Shown piece by piece: positions 50,850 through 63,038 of a stretch of 64,000 nucleotides of DNA (position 1 is its first letter; the number at the start of each line of letters is the position of its first letter). Source of the DNA: Vairimorpha necatrix. Its lineage: Eukaryota. Under the pieces are notes generated by a model, which searched no databases, was not told the DNA's origin, and saw only the letters and a program-made list of their open reading frames with translations. The stretch is taken from positions 248,001 to 312,000 of the forward strand of contig CP142733.1 in assembly GCA_036630325.1 (NCBI GenBank), in the 5' to 3' direction. Both the position numbers and the translations under genes were made by a program.

Positions 50850-52612
50850 TTATAATGTTGAAACATATTGTCTTTTCTAGAAAACTTTTTAGAACAAGTT
50901 TTTGAGAAGCAAACAAAAGGTTTTATATCCGTATGTGATATGTAATGGCGCTTGTTTTAGCTAATAGTCGGCATTTCTTTGTTACAACCATTTGCACAAC
51001 GAAACATTACGACGCCATTTATTGTTTTTTTCATTTAAATAAACTGTCATCAAAGTCAGAGAAACTTCTTATAGTTTTATTCTCCAGCGGGAGGGATCTA
51101 TTTTTCTTGCTTCCTTTTCGATTTGTCTAGAATTATTCTGAATTAGAAGGATAGCACGTCCCGATACGATTTTATCCCTTTTCCTTCCATTTTTATCCTT
51201 ATTCTTATTAACTTCATGTATTGTTTTTAACCTTCACGATCCAAGTTTTCTGGAATGTAATTTTTTTTATTTGTAAACTCTCTTATTTGCCCCTTTTCTG
51301 CTTCCGTGGCTGCTTGTTTTAGATTAAAAGCTGGAATTTTCAGATTTTTGATGTTTTATGTCGCTAGTGAGATCAGAAAGTTCAGATTCTTATGATCCTC
51401 TTTTTCAAATTGGATTTTCTGAGCTTTTTATATTGAAATCTTTTTTACCTGACATATATCCTCATCAATTTTTGTATTAATGTTAATAATGGGACGCTTC
51501 TTTGTTTTGCAGCCACCCAAAAATAGGGCAACAAAAATAAAAATAAAAAATAAAATAAGTTTAATAAAATAGGAATAAGCTTAATAAAATTAAGAATAAG
51601 CTTAATAAAATAAATTAAAATATATATTTCCTTATTCTTTTATACATTATTTAAATTTTTTAAAGTAAATTCTTCGAGCCAAGATTCGATATTCACACGT
51701 TTTACTCCGTGCTGTTAAGTCATCTCTGATTTTATACCAAATCAAGAATTTTCAATATTATTAGTGGAAAATCCTTCTTCATTGGTAATTCCTATAGAAT
51801 AATTTACCATAATTTGTTCAAGTATAGAATTGCTGCTGCACCGGGATAACTAGGATGGCCATCAGAAATAAGAACTGATCCTGGTAAGACTTTATTCTCT
51901 ATTATCCTTGTTAAAGTATTTATCTTTCGATTTTGAACTTCACTATACAATTTTTTTTATTTACAGCTTACATCAACCCCAATTCCATACAGTATCTTTT
52001 GTTCCATCATCAGTTTTAGATGGAACTCTAATAGTTCCTCTTCCACACAGTATAATTTCATTAACTTGGACTTGAACTACCGATCCACCGATTTTACAAA
52101 CGGTTTTCAATTTAAATCTAATATATTCCCTCAATTTAAGCTTTACTTTTAAAATAGTGTCATTTGACACACCTGTTAAATTTATAATCAATCTATAATT
52201 GCTGTTACAAAGGACTAAGAACGCAATGAAAATATAACTCTAAATGAAAACTTAAGGCCAGGTAAAAAGCTGTTCTTTGCCCTGCATTCTCGTCTCAAAC
52301 ACCTATAAACTAATCTTTCCTTTTTTTTTCTAATAATATTACGAGCTTTTCTACGACATAATCACAAGAACTACATCGTCTAGTCAAATCAATGATTCCA
52401 GTCTCTATCATGTAGTCTTTACACGAGACAAGACTGGAAAACAAAAGATGTCTAAAATTAAAAAAAATTCCGGTTGTCATTTGGGGCATTTTATAAAAAA
52501 ATAAAAATTATAACTTTTTGCTTTTCTGTTTTACTGCCACATTGTTTTTTTTTATTTGGGGGGGGGGGCAGAAAAACAGAAAAGCGCCAATAAAGGAGAA
52601 AAGGAGACATTT
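50850..52612 (-). pseudogene. Possible decayed host gene split by the Merlin at 51493
   Basis: CCC motif then an ATG near 52612, and a Lys/Glu-rich coding-like minus strand at 50850-51490 with many stops. No recognisable family. Confidence 0.25.
51493..52588 (-). mobile_element. Degenerate Merlin (family of 42817)
   Basis: Colinear with 42817-43860; TSD aataatgg/aataaagg. Confidence 0.9.
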
Positions 52613-53144
52613 TCTTAGATAAATTGGGCAATATTTATAGCTAGCAAAAAATTTCATGAGCTATAATTTAAAACAATAAAATTATAGCATAATTAATATA
52701 ATAGTTTCATTTTAACCTTTTTTATTTTCAATATAACTTTTTTGCATGATTTTTTTTTCATTTGCCATATAAATTTAAGTGAATCAAGGACTTAGTTAAC
52801 AATGTATAAATTTTTAATATTAAAAGTTTAAAGTTTGATATTCTTCATTTCTGCAAATAAATTTCAGTGTGCATTACTTACAGATCATTCACAATATTTT
52901 TTACATATGATATTTATTGTAAGAATTTGACTAAATAGTAATTAGCATACAATCAATTAGAATAAATTTTTTAATGATTGTTTATTTTGTTGAATTATAA
53001 AGATCATTTTCCTAAAAATGCATCTGTTTATTGACAAATTACTATTTAGGGGACAAATACTCATAAACACTTACTTGGATGTTTAATTCTTGTTAATAAA
53101 TCTATTTTAATCGATTTAATTTTAGCTCTTTCTTTACAGTATTT

Positions 53145-54189
53145 GGTTAAGTTCTCGACTTACCCCCCTCCCCCTAAAAAAAATAAAAAAATAAATTATT
53201 TGACCCATAATGAGAATTAAAGAATTCAGAAAACTCATCTATAAAAAATGAGTTAATGCAATTTTTAATTGCAAAAAACAATTTGAAGGTTCCTATGTGC
53301 AATAAATGCAATATACCAATGACTCAAAATCGGACCAACACTGAAAACTATCGTTGTTATGTAAGACGTGATGGTACAAAATGTTCCAACAAAGGAACCA
53401 TAATGAAACAAGGCGTTTTTAAGAACTCAAAATTGCCTATTGAGGATCTTTTAATATTGCTTTGCGAATGGGTAAAGGGTTCAAGTAATTTGGCCGCCCC
53501 GTTAGAACTTGATATATGTAAATGTACGTTATCAAGATGGTTTACGCGTTTAAATAACGCCGTGTACGTCTCCTATTCAACATATATAAACAATCAAACG
53601 ATCGGCGGCGTCGGTTGTATTGTTGAAATTGATGAAACTTTACTTGTAAAAAGTAAAAACCATGCGGAAGGGTTCTTTAATATCAAGTATGGGCAGTTGG
53701 AGGCGTTGTGAGAGGGGATGCAAATTCTTTTTTCTTTGAAATCGTAGAAAATAGAACAAGAGCTACTCTTGTTGAATTAATCACAAGAAAAATTGCTCCG
53801 GGGACTACAATTATGACAGATTGTTGGCGCGGCTATAGTGATATTCAAACAATCTGTGTAGAATATGAGTATCTACATTTGACTGTGAATCACAGCCAAA
53901 ATTTTGTTGATAATATAACTGGTGCGCATACTCAGACTATAGAGGGAATGTAGCCGGTTCTTAAAATAGAACTAAGAAAAATCGGAACTTGTCATGGTAC
54001 TATTATGAATCTTGTAAGGAAGATTTACATTAATAGATTCAAATTAATATATCGTGAAAATCTATTAGATAAAATGTTAGAATTTTTTGAAATAGGTAAT
54101 TTTAGTATTTTAGCATATGATATAATTTCTTAAGTAGATTTTACAATTGTGGAATAATTTTTTTTAGGGGGGAAGTCGAGAACTTAACC
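53145..54189 (+). mobile_element. Merlin transposon (family of 59188), frameshifted
   Basis: TIR GGTTAAGTTCTCGACTT; motifs VEIDETLL, MTDCWRGY and AHTQTIEG. No TSD seen. Confidence 0.92.
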
Positions 54190-54244
54190 TTTTTTTCAAT
54201 TCAAAACATATTTGTATACTAGTCTTATTCTTCTAACAAAATCC

Positions 54245-54496
54245 ATTGGCGTTTCGGAGCTGCATACAGTACAAAAAAAAAGTTGTTTTTTATTAATGAA
54301 CTGCGTGCCAGAAAGACACACGCTGTCTCAGCATAATAAAATGTTTTCAAAATGAAAACTACATTTATTTCCATGTTCAAAAACATTTCATCACAAAAAG
54401 AGCTTATCTCCTTAACAAAATTTGTTTTTGCAATCTTGCCATTTTTTGAAAGGGGTCCTTGAAATTTTATAAGCGGGTTCCAAATGGTCATGTACC
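54245..54496 (-). mobile_element. Terminal fragment of a Merlin (family of 13474)
   Basis: Matches 14330-14582, including the TIR ..GGTCATGTACC. Confidence 0.85.
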
Positions 54497-54557
54497 TAAA
54501 TATTTTATGAAATATTTATTTTCTATTTTATATCGATTTATATACTTATTTTGTATC

Positions 54558-57435
54558 TGTTACCAGAAGGAGAGCTGGTTATTGAAGAAGGCTTTTTATT
54601 AGAAGAAGAACTATATTTATTTGGCATATCTTGCCTATTTAAGATTCTTAAATAGTTTTAGTTTCGGATCTGAAACATAGATGGTTTCAGATCATTATCA
54701 ACTGTTTTATCTTTCAGTTTTAGTCTGATTATTGGCGTGTGCAACACAGCCGGTAAACCTCTCCCCTCCTTAGAACAAGGCTTCACTTCCAGGGAAGAGG
54801 TTATATCCTCCAATAAATCGTCATCTTTATTATATACTACAAAATCGTTTCGGTTTATAGAGTGTTCTATTCCATCTTCAAGACTCCTTACTTCATAGGC
54901 TCCTTTTAGTTTGTTTTTCATGACTATGTAGGGTCCTATATATTTTTATCAAGTTTGCTACTAATTTTCATATTTCTAATAAACACCAATGTTCCTTCTT
55001 TTACGTCGTCGGCGGATAGTTTGCTCGGCTTCTGTTCATCATATTTCCTAATATCCTCATCTCTCTTCGCACATACGAATTCTCTTATCTGGTTAGTCAG
55101 TCTTGTACGTTCGCTCAGATAATCCGCAGGGTTTATAAACAACATTTCAAAGTCGCTTGGTAGTTCTTTTAATGCGTTAGGTAGTACATTTTTCCTGCCA
55201 TAGAGCATTCCAAAAGGAGACATGTGCAATTTCTCTATGGGGGACAACCTGTACTGCATAAGTACAAGTGGTAATATTCTATCCCATTGGCTCTGATAAT
55301 CCGTTACCGCCTTCGATAACTTCACTACTAAACTTTGGTTTGTACGTTCCAAAAGTCCATTTGATTGTGGATGATAAGGGCTCGAGTGTCTGAAGTGAGC
55401 ACCGAATAGCTCCGTAATCTTTTTTACAATCTGATTAGTGAATTCTAATCCCTGGTCGCTTCTTATTATTTCTACTGTACCGTGTCGACAGAAGATATCT
55501 TTCATAATAAATTTTGCGATTTCGAATGCAGATTTATGCTTCACTGCCTTCGCCTCAACCCATCTTGTCATAGAGTCTGTTGCAACTATGATGAATCTCT
55601 TTCCTGATGTAATTTGGGTAGAGGGCCTATACAGTCAATTCCCAACATTTTAAAAGCCGAATCCAGTCTCGTTGCGAACACTACGAACTTTTTACGTGGT
55701 TTCTTATGTTCTAGGCACGTCACACAGTCGTTTATGACCTTTTAAACGTCTTCCTTCTTGATACTAGACGCTAATCTGTGTGACTTTAAAAACAGGATGG
55801 TCGCTTCTGTTCCTCCATGTCCTATGTAAGAGTGTGCTTCTCTTATCAAGTCTTTTATGCTCACCACGCTTTTATTCACACATAAAAATGTTTGTTTCTT
55901 CACTCCGTGCTCGTAAATTTCTTTTCTCATAAGAGTTAAATAGTATCGTTCCCGGGTCGAGTTGGTGGTTCAATTTCGCTGCACTTAAGTATGTAGAACA
56001 TTCTTTAATCACGGGGGATTGGCCTACTTCTTTAGTACGTGTTTCCTTTACTTTTGTGAGTTCATTGTAAAGGCGCAGACCATCGTCTCTTTCCTTTTCG
56101 ATCGAACTATGTGCGTCCTTGGTGCTCGTATATTCGTCACTCCCCCACGCTTTTATTTGCTCGTTCAATGTTTAGATTTTTCTATCATTCTCGAGAAAGT
56201 TATTTTGCTGGCCATCGAATTGCTTGTTAATCGAAGTACTCGTCTCGGAAAACCTCAAACTTCCATACAGAAGTGACGTCTGAGCTGTTTCTGCACTTGC
56301 CCACTTTTTAATCCGTCCATCTTCTTGTATAGACATTGTTATATCTATACTCTGTGGAATAGTTTGATTAAAATGTACTTCTTTTACCTTTCTTAGTTTC
56401 TTTCTTCCAATAAAATTGCTTTCGATAAATGGGTTGGACTCACCCGAGTCCAAACGCGTTCTTACTACGTCGCGGTTGATGGACCCTTCGATCGTAGTAT
56501 CGTTCGTGTCTTTTGACACTGGATCTGCCTCGATTAAAAACACCTTTTCCCCTTCGTGTTTCTCGCAGTCTTTAAATAAGTGGTCGCCTCCACACTTATA
56601 ACATACTAACTTTCTTGGACTCTCTCTTGTCCTTGTAGTATATGGCCTTGAAGTCCTCGTAGTTTTTGGCCTATTCTGTTCAGGTCTCTGCCTCGAACTC
56701 TCAATAAATTTATGATTTCTCTCATAAATCTTTAGTACAACGTCCCATGACGTTGCCTCTTCCACCTTTTCTTGAAGTGACGGTGGGAAATATCTAGCCA
56801 ATTCCTCCGTGATTCCCGAAATGCTGACCTTAGCTTTCTTGTTTAGCTTTACCAGGTCGTAAATGAAGCTTTCAATCTTCCTAGATTGAGGTCCAGAGTA
56901 AAGTTTCTTGTAAAGCATTCTAGTATGGTCAATTCCTTCCTGGAACTCTTCTTTCCCATATTTTCTTATGAAAATTTGTTTAAATTCCGTGTATGCTTCC
57001 ACCTCGTCTTCAACCATAGCCTCATACCATTGGAGCGCTATATCCCCCAGTTATCTCTTCGTATAGTTCAATAGTTTATTGTCACTCCATTCTCCCTCGA
57101 GATATTTGAATTGGTTAATCCAAACCCATGCATTCTCGCTTTGGGTCCCGTTGAATTTCACCATCGTGTTAGTTGATATTCCTAACTTATCTAGCAGGTG
57201 ATCCAATTTGTTGGATTTCGAATAGTTGTCGCCAGTGTTACCAGAAGGAGAGCTGGTTATTGAAGAAGGCTTTTATTAGAAGAAGAACTATATTTATTTG
57301 GCATATCTTGCCTATTTAAGATTCTTAAATGGTTTTAGTTTCGGATCTGAAACATAGATGGTTTCAGATCATTATCAACTGTTTCATCTTTCAGTTTTAG
57401 TCTGATTATTGGCGTGTGCAACACAGCCGGTAACA
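54558..57435 (-). mobile_element. RT-less LTR element: Gag-CCHC, partial protease, unknown linker, integrase (2878 bp)
   Basis: 200-bp LTRs 54558-54757 and 57236-57435; perfect TSD GTATC; PBS TGGCGACAACT; PPT AGGAGGGGAGAGG. Motifs CYKCGGDHLFKDC, RLDSGES, HSYIGHGG..CVTC, RSDQGLEF and SNGLLER. No YxDD or RNase H motifs seen. Confidence 0.92.
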
Positions 57436-57560
57436 GTATCATTTTTTTTTCCTCCAAAAATTATGCTTTCAGAAAAACAAATTAAAAAAGTTTTTGGTAA
57501 AAAACAAAATAAAACAAAAAATCCATATATTTAAAAAAAATCAACATTACCCCCCCCCCA

Positions 57561-58609
57561 ATGTTAGAATCAAGTGTCCTGTATAAAAGGAACTTTGCTA
57601 TTTTTGTAATAGCTTTCTAAGATGTTACAATTTGATGTTGTTTTATTTTTATAAAGTTGTTTATTATTGGCATTTTCTCTGCCGTGACTTATGTTTCTCT
57701 CTTCGACCATTTCGTACCCTTCCAAACCAAACTTTCTTTTATAATTTATTATTTCTTGTCAACATAAAAACAAACTTGGCCATACTTACGAATGTAGTAA
57801 CGCCATGCAACATTCATTCATTCGTTTGTTTGTTTCTTTATGTACTCATCTTGACAAGCCGCCGAAGATATTTGACATTTCTCTGGACATAAGTGACAGA
57901 TGGGATATTTGGCATCTGCCCATGTGATGTAGCAATGTACATCACATCAAGCTATGTGTTTTCTGATGTTTTAAACTTCTGGAGAAACAAAGAAGCACTA
58001 CAGTGTAACAAGAAGAATTATATTATCGACAATCATTCAGATGACGTGAGGGCGTTGTCTGATGATAAAATTGTCGATTTGCGGGTAGAAAAGGTTATAG
58101 TCAGCCATTCTTCAGTTGACGTAGGGGCGTCGACTGAAGAAGAAAGTGTTGAAGAGGATATAGAAGACTTGGTGGAAAATGTAGGTATGGAGAATGAGGA
58201 AGCGAGGGAGGTTAGTGAAAAAATGGGAGATTTGGCGATGAGGTATATATAGAAGAAGAAGGGAACGAAGGAGGGCCCTATAAGTTTAGTAGAGGGACTG
58301 GGGGAGTTTGAGGGGAGTGATGGCATATCTATGCCAAAAATCTTCTTCAAAGAGAAAGATAACGAGGGGCACGAGAAAATAATTAAAAGCGAAGAACTGA
58401 CAGAAGAAGATTTGAAGAGAATAGGCGATCAAATTTCCGATCTCTATTCTCTCCATCTTCTGGAAGTGGGCTTTAAAAGGATGAGGGAGGCGGAAGAGAA
58501 CTATAATAAGTCATGGAGAGGGAGAATATATAATGCAATAGGAAGACATTTCTGTTGTTTTGTGGAAAATGACGAAGATTCGGAGGATATTGAGGACGAG
58601 TTTGATTAA
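57561..58609 (+). pseudogene. Acidic family copy 4, interrupted at codon 5 by a solo LTR and frameshifted near 58245
   Basis: C-run then ATG TTA GAA TCA AG | insertion | C TAT GTG TTT...; the C-terminus ends EDSEDIEDEFD*. Confidence 0.9.
57575..57946. mobile_element. Solo LTR (372 bp)
   Basis: TGTCCTGT...ACATCACA termini with TSD TCAAG. Removing it restores the gene start. Confidence 0.9.
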
Positions 58610-58980
58610 AAAATAATATTAACAACTTCTTTTCTATGTCTTTTTTAATTTCGAAGTTTGTTCTCCACTTCCTTACTCATCTTAAAATTTGGGGGTATAA
58701 AAATATCAACAAAAATAATTTCACTAAAACTTAAAATATACTTATCAAAACAGGGGAATAAAAATCACATAAAAATGAATAAAAAGTGAAATATCACGCA
58801 ACGGAGGATTTAATGCAACATTACAGGGGGTTTAATCGTTATAAAGTCATATTTGAATTTCTATATTCCCACGAGGAATTCCTATAGTGCCATGTTTGAG
58901 TTTCTATTTTTCCATGATGAATTCCTACAGTGCCATGTTTAACATTCTATATTCCCATGTTTATATTTCTATATTCCCAT

Positions 58981-60618
58981 TGTCAGGCGACGAACCTACG
59001 CTGACAATAAGAATCCCCAAATACGACTGATTCTTATTTAATATAAATGTGATGGATTATATAAGTGACAGGTGGTAAATTAATATTGAATACGAGCATT
59101 TAGAGAGTTACTTTAATTTTAGCAATTTACTCTTTTCGGAATAGACCGTCGAAATGGTCTATTCCAAATATTTCCTATTTATTTATTGGTTAAGTTCTCG
59201 ACTTACCCCCCCCCCCCCCCCCCACCCCTAAAAAAAATAAAAAAAGGGGAAAAAATAAAAAAAAATAAAAAAAGGGGAAAAAATAAAAAAAAATAAAAAA
59301 AGGGGGAAAAATAAAAAAAAATAAAAAATTTGACCCATAATGAGAATTAAAGAATTTAGAAAACTCATCTATAAAAAAAATGAGTTAATGCAATTTTTAA
59401 TTGCAAAAAACATTTTGAGGGTCCCTATGTGCAATAAATGCAATATACCAATGACTCAAAATCGGACCAACACTGAATACTATCGTTGTTATTCAAGGCG
59501 TGATGGTAAAAAATGTTCTAACAAAGGAACCATAATGAAACAAAGCGTTTTTAAGAACTCAAAATTGTCTATTGAGGATCTTTTAATATTGCTTTGCGAA
59601 TGGGTAAAGGGTTCAAGTAATTTGGCCGCCACGTTAGAACTTGATATAGGTAAATGTACGGTATCAAGATGGTTTACGCGTTTTAATAACGCCGTGTACG
59701 TCTCTTATTCAACATATATAAACAATCAAACGATTGGCGGCGTCGGTTGTATTGTTGAAATTGATGAAACTTTACTTGTAAAAAGTAAAAACCATGCGGG
59801 AAGGGTTCTTCAATATCAAGTATGGGCAGTTGGAGGCGTTGTGAGAGGGGATGCAAATTCTTTTTTCTTTGAGATCGTAGAAAATAGAACAAGAGCTACT
59901 CTTGTTGAATTAATTACAAGAAAAATTGCTCCGGGGACCACAATTGTGACAGATTGTTGGCGTGGATATTGTGATATTCAAACAATCTGTGTAGAATATG
60001 AGTATCTACATTTGACTGTGAATCACAGCCAAAATTTTGTTGATAATATAACTGGTGCGCATACTTAGACTATAGAGGGAATGTGGTCGGTTATTAAAAG
60101 AGAACTAAGAAAAGGAGGAACTAGTCATGGTACTATTATGAATCTTGTAAGAAAGATTTACATTAACAGATTCAAATTAATATATCGTGAAAATCTATTG
60201 GATAAAATGTTAGAATTTTTTCAAATAGGTAATTTTAGTATTGTAGCTTATGATATTATTCCTGAAATAGACTTTACAATTGTGGAATAATTTTTTTTGT
60301 TTTTTTTTTTTTTTTGGGGGGGGGGGGGTAAGGGGGGTTAAGTCGAGAATTAAACGTTTTTTTATTTTTTTTTATTTTTCCCCCTTTTTTTATTTTTTTT
60401 TATTTTTTCCCCTTTTTTTATTTTTTTTTATTTTTTCCCCTTTTTTTATTTTTTCCCCTTTTTTTATTTTTTTTAGGGGTGGGGGGGGGGTAAGTCGAGA
60501 ACTTAACCTATTTATTTTCCAGCCCTTACCCCGAATCATGACTACAAATATTAATCCAAATAAATCTATTACTGATACTCCGTCATCTACTTCAGATCAG
60601 ACCTCGTATCTGATCACA
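58981..60618 (+). mobile_element. Solo LTR (~309 bp net) containing a Merlin
   Basis: TGTCAG...CTGATCACA termini, TSD CCCAT, inserted within the Tc1 subterminal repeats. Hairpin GGAATAGACC..GGTCTATTCC. Confidence 0.85.
59188..60508 (+). mobile_element. Merlin transposon, transposase 59340-60290 with a single in-frame TAG
   Basis: TIR GGTTAAGTTCTCGACTTACCCC; perfect TSD TATTTATT. TAG at 60066 corresponds to CAG in the sister copy. Confidence 0.95.
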
Positions 60619-60889
60619 CCCATGTTTGAATTTCTATATTCCCATGTTTGAATTTCTATATTCCTATGTTTGAATTTCTATAGTGCCATGTTTGAATTTC
60701 TATAGTGCCATGTTTGAATTTCTATAGTGCCATGTTTAAATTTCTATAGTGCCATCTTTGAATTTCTATAGTGCCATGTTTAAATTTCTATAATTGCCAT
60801 GTTTGAATTTCTATAATTGCCATGTTTGAATTTCTATATTCCCATGTTTAAATTTCTATATTCCCATGTTTAAATTTCTATAGTGCCAT
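60619..60889 (+). repeat. 22-bp subterminal tandem repeat of the Tc1-like element (~12 units; continues at 58850-58980)
   Basis: Unit catgtttgaatttctata(gtgc/ttcc). Confidence 0.92.
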
Positions 60890-62003
60890 AAAAAGTTGAA
60901 ATTTAAAAATTTATAAAAAAGTTTATTAAATAAAGTCTTCTCTTGCTCTTGCCTTTTCTATCCACTTCATCATATTGTTATAAAAGATAGGACACTCACG
61001 GTTACAATTTAAACTCAAAACATTATCAAGACTTGTTTCGATTTGACTTTCTGCATTATAAAAAGATGAAAATCTTGCCTTGAGCATCGAACAGAATATT
61101 TCGATGGGATTTAATTGTGGAAAATAACAGGGGCAGGGATTTATAATTGATCTTTAGACTGTTTAATTTTAGTAAAACTTCCCGCGAATTCAAATCTAGC
61201 ATTATCTATAATTAGAACTTTGCCTGGATTATTCCTAAAGAACATGGACAATTTATTCTCCACAAAGTTTATAAAACTCTCAGAGTTATACGCTTTACGT
61301 TTGAACTCAAATGCCAATAATTCATTTATTGTAATTGCGCACATGCAGCTGATATTTTGGCCGCGATTTGCTGGCACATTCTTGTGGCGGGGGTGTTTTT
61401 CTCTGAGTATCCGTAACTACGGGTCGTATGGGCGTTGAACCCAGTTTCATCAAGGAAAACAAGGTTTTCAACAGAGTATCTACTAATTTTAGGTGCATAG
61501 ATACTTCTTTTAATTTACATGTCAAAAGAATTACGTTCAACAGGAATTAATGAAAGTCTTTTTTTGTTATACCTAGTTTTTTAAGTTTTTTCGATATTGA
61601 AGATATAATCAAATTAAATCCTGTTAGTGTATTTAGCTCGTAGGAAATTTTGTTCAAAGTCATATCATTTGCACAATCAACCATGTTTTTTTATAACACA
61701 CTCTATGTTTTAAAGTATTTCGCTTCCCAGCAACTGCGGAAAGAGGCCAACGGTTTGATTGTGCTGTCTTTTTATGATAGATGCAACGGTTTTACGATGT
61801 AAATCAACCATCCTTGATATTTCGGCTATGGATCGTTTTTATCTTTCGCTAACTCCAAAATACATTTCTTAATTCAGTAGTTATGGTTTTTCTTTCTTTT
61901 CTAACCATTAAGGGGCACAAAAAATGTAAATTTTTATGGAACTTTAGAAATTCAAACATGATATATAAATCCAAACATGGCACTATAACGTTTCAAACCC
62001 CTG

Positions 62004-62344
62004 TAAATGTTCGTCAAAAAAACAAATCCGAACAAACACGATTATTCAGAGCAAAAAAATAGAATAATATCGGAAAATTTTAAATTTAATTATGTTATTT
62101 TTAATACTAATGAAAAATTATAGAAAAGAAAATATGCATATGGTAGAATTTTAACCAATAAAATCTTTTGCATGTTCAGTATCTCGAAATATTAATTCTT
62201 TGTAGCATAAGATGGTTGCATGTGCCAAACACAATCCTTTAATCGTTTTTAAACGTTGTAACATAGTTGAAAACATTATTTATTGTATTAGATTGCACTT
62301 ATCATTATTTTTTTAAGTCAAAAATTGTCAGCTTGATAAACCTC
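62004..62344 (+). repeat. Further copy of the far-upstream region of the acidic gene unit
   Basis: Colinear with about 2110-2450; interrupted at 62345 by a sequence starting TGTTG. Confidence 0.8.
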
Positions 62345-63038
62345 TGTTGTAGACTGTTAGTCTTCAACATTTAACATATTTCCCTCCTTGTCAAAACTAT
62401 CAATGAATTTACTTGAATTTATTTTATTTTAAATAAAATTCCAGAAATGAAGGGTACACATAATAGAGTGATGGAACAGAGAACGAAAGAACAGTATGTC
62501 AGAGAGTCCAGAGGGTCTGTTATTAATAAAAGGCAATTTATTAAAAGTATTTTAAATACTACTTATTGACCGGGAGGGTCTCCCCGGGACACCACAGCTT
62601 GAATTTAAGTGCGAGTTAGTTGAGCATGAGCTACAAAAAGATTAACCATAGTGAGGTTAACAATAAAAAAGTAAAGTTAAGTTACACCGTTATAGGACGG
62701 ATATGAGGATCGAGACAGAGTTGAATATCATAGAGGATATTTATAGTTTTGATATGTGTGAATGGCTAGAAACATTCGGAAAAAAATAATTTCTAAACAA
62801 ATTGAACAGTGAGCAGTATGAGCTCGTTTTATGAGATTTTATAAGTAAAAATCCTTAGATGATAAAGTATTTAGAGGAGAATTAGTGAAAATTCCCGAAA
62901 GAATTCTAGCAGAGTTTATAGTATTGATAGAGCGGAAGTTGGATTAATAAATTATCTAATGTAAGACAAGAAAATTTTGAGTCGATAAGTAATTATTATG
63001 AGTACATTAATAGTTATATAAAATATTATAGTATTGTC

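Larger units (their letters stand above)
58824..62003 (-). mobile_element. Tc1/IS630-like transposon with nested insertions
   Basis: TA TSD; TIRs CAGGGG(G)TTT..CGTTATA. Decayed transposase from ATG ~61908 with LDETG, IIDNARF and PQLNPIE. Confidence 0.9.

Noticed and set aside
60066-60068. Stop-codon reassignment or programmed readthrough
   Set aside because: Sister copies have sense codons at such stops (CAG; GAA for 3775), and the 1280-aa ORF reads cleanly in the standard code.
60619-60889. CRISPR or iteron array
   Set aside because: Head-to-tail 22-mers without spacers that match the Tc1 TIR interior.
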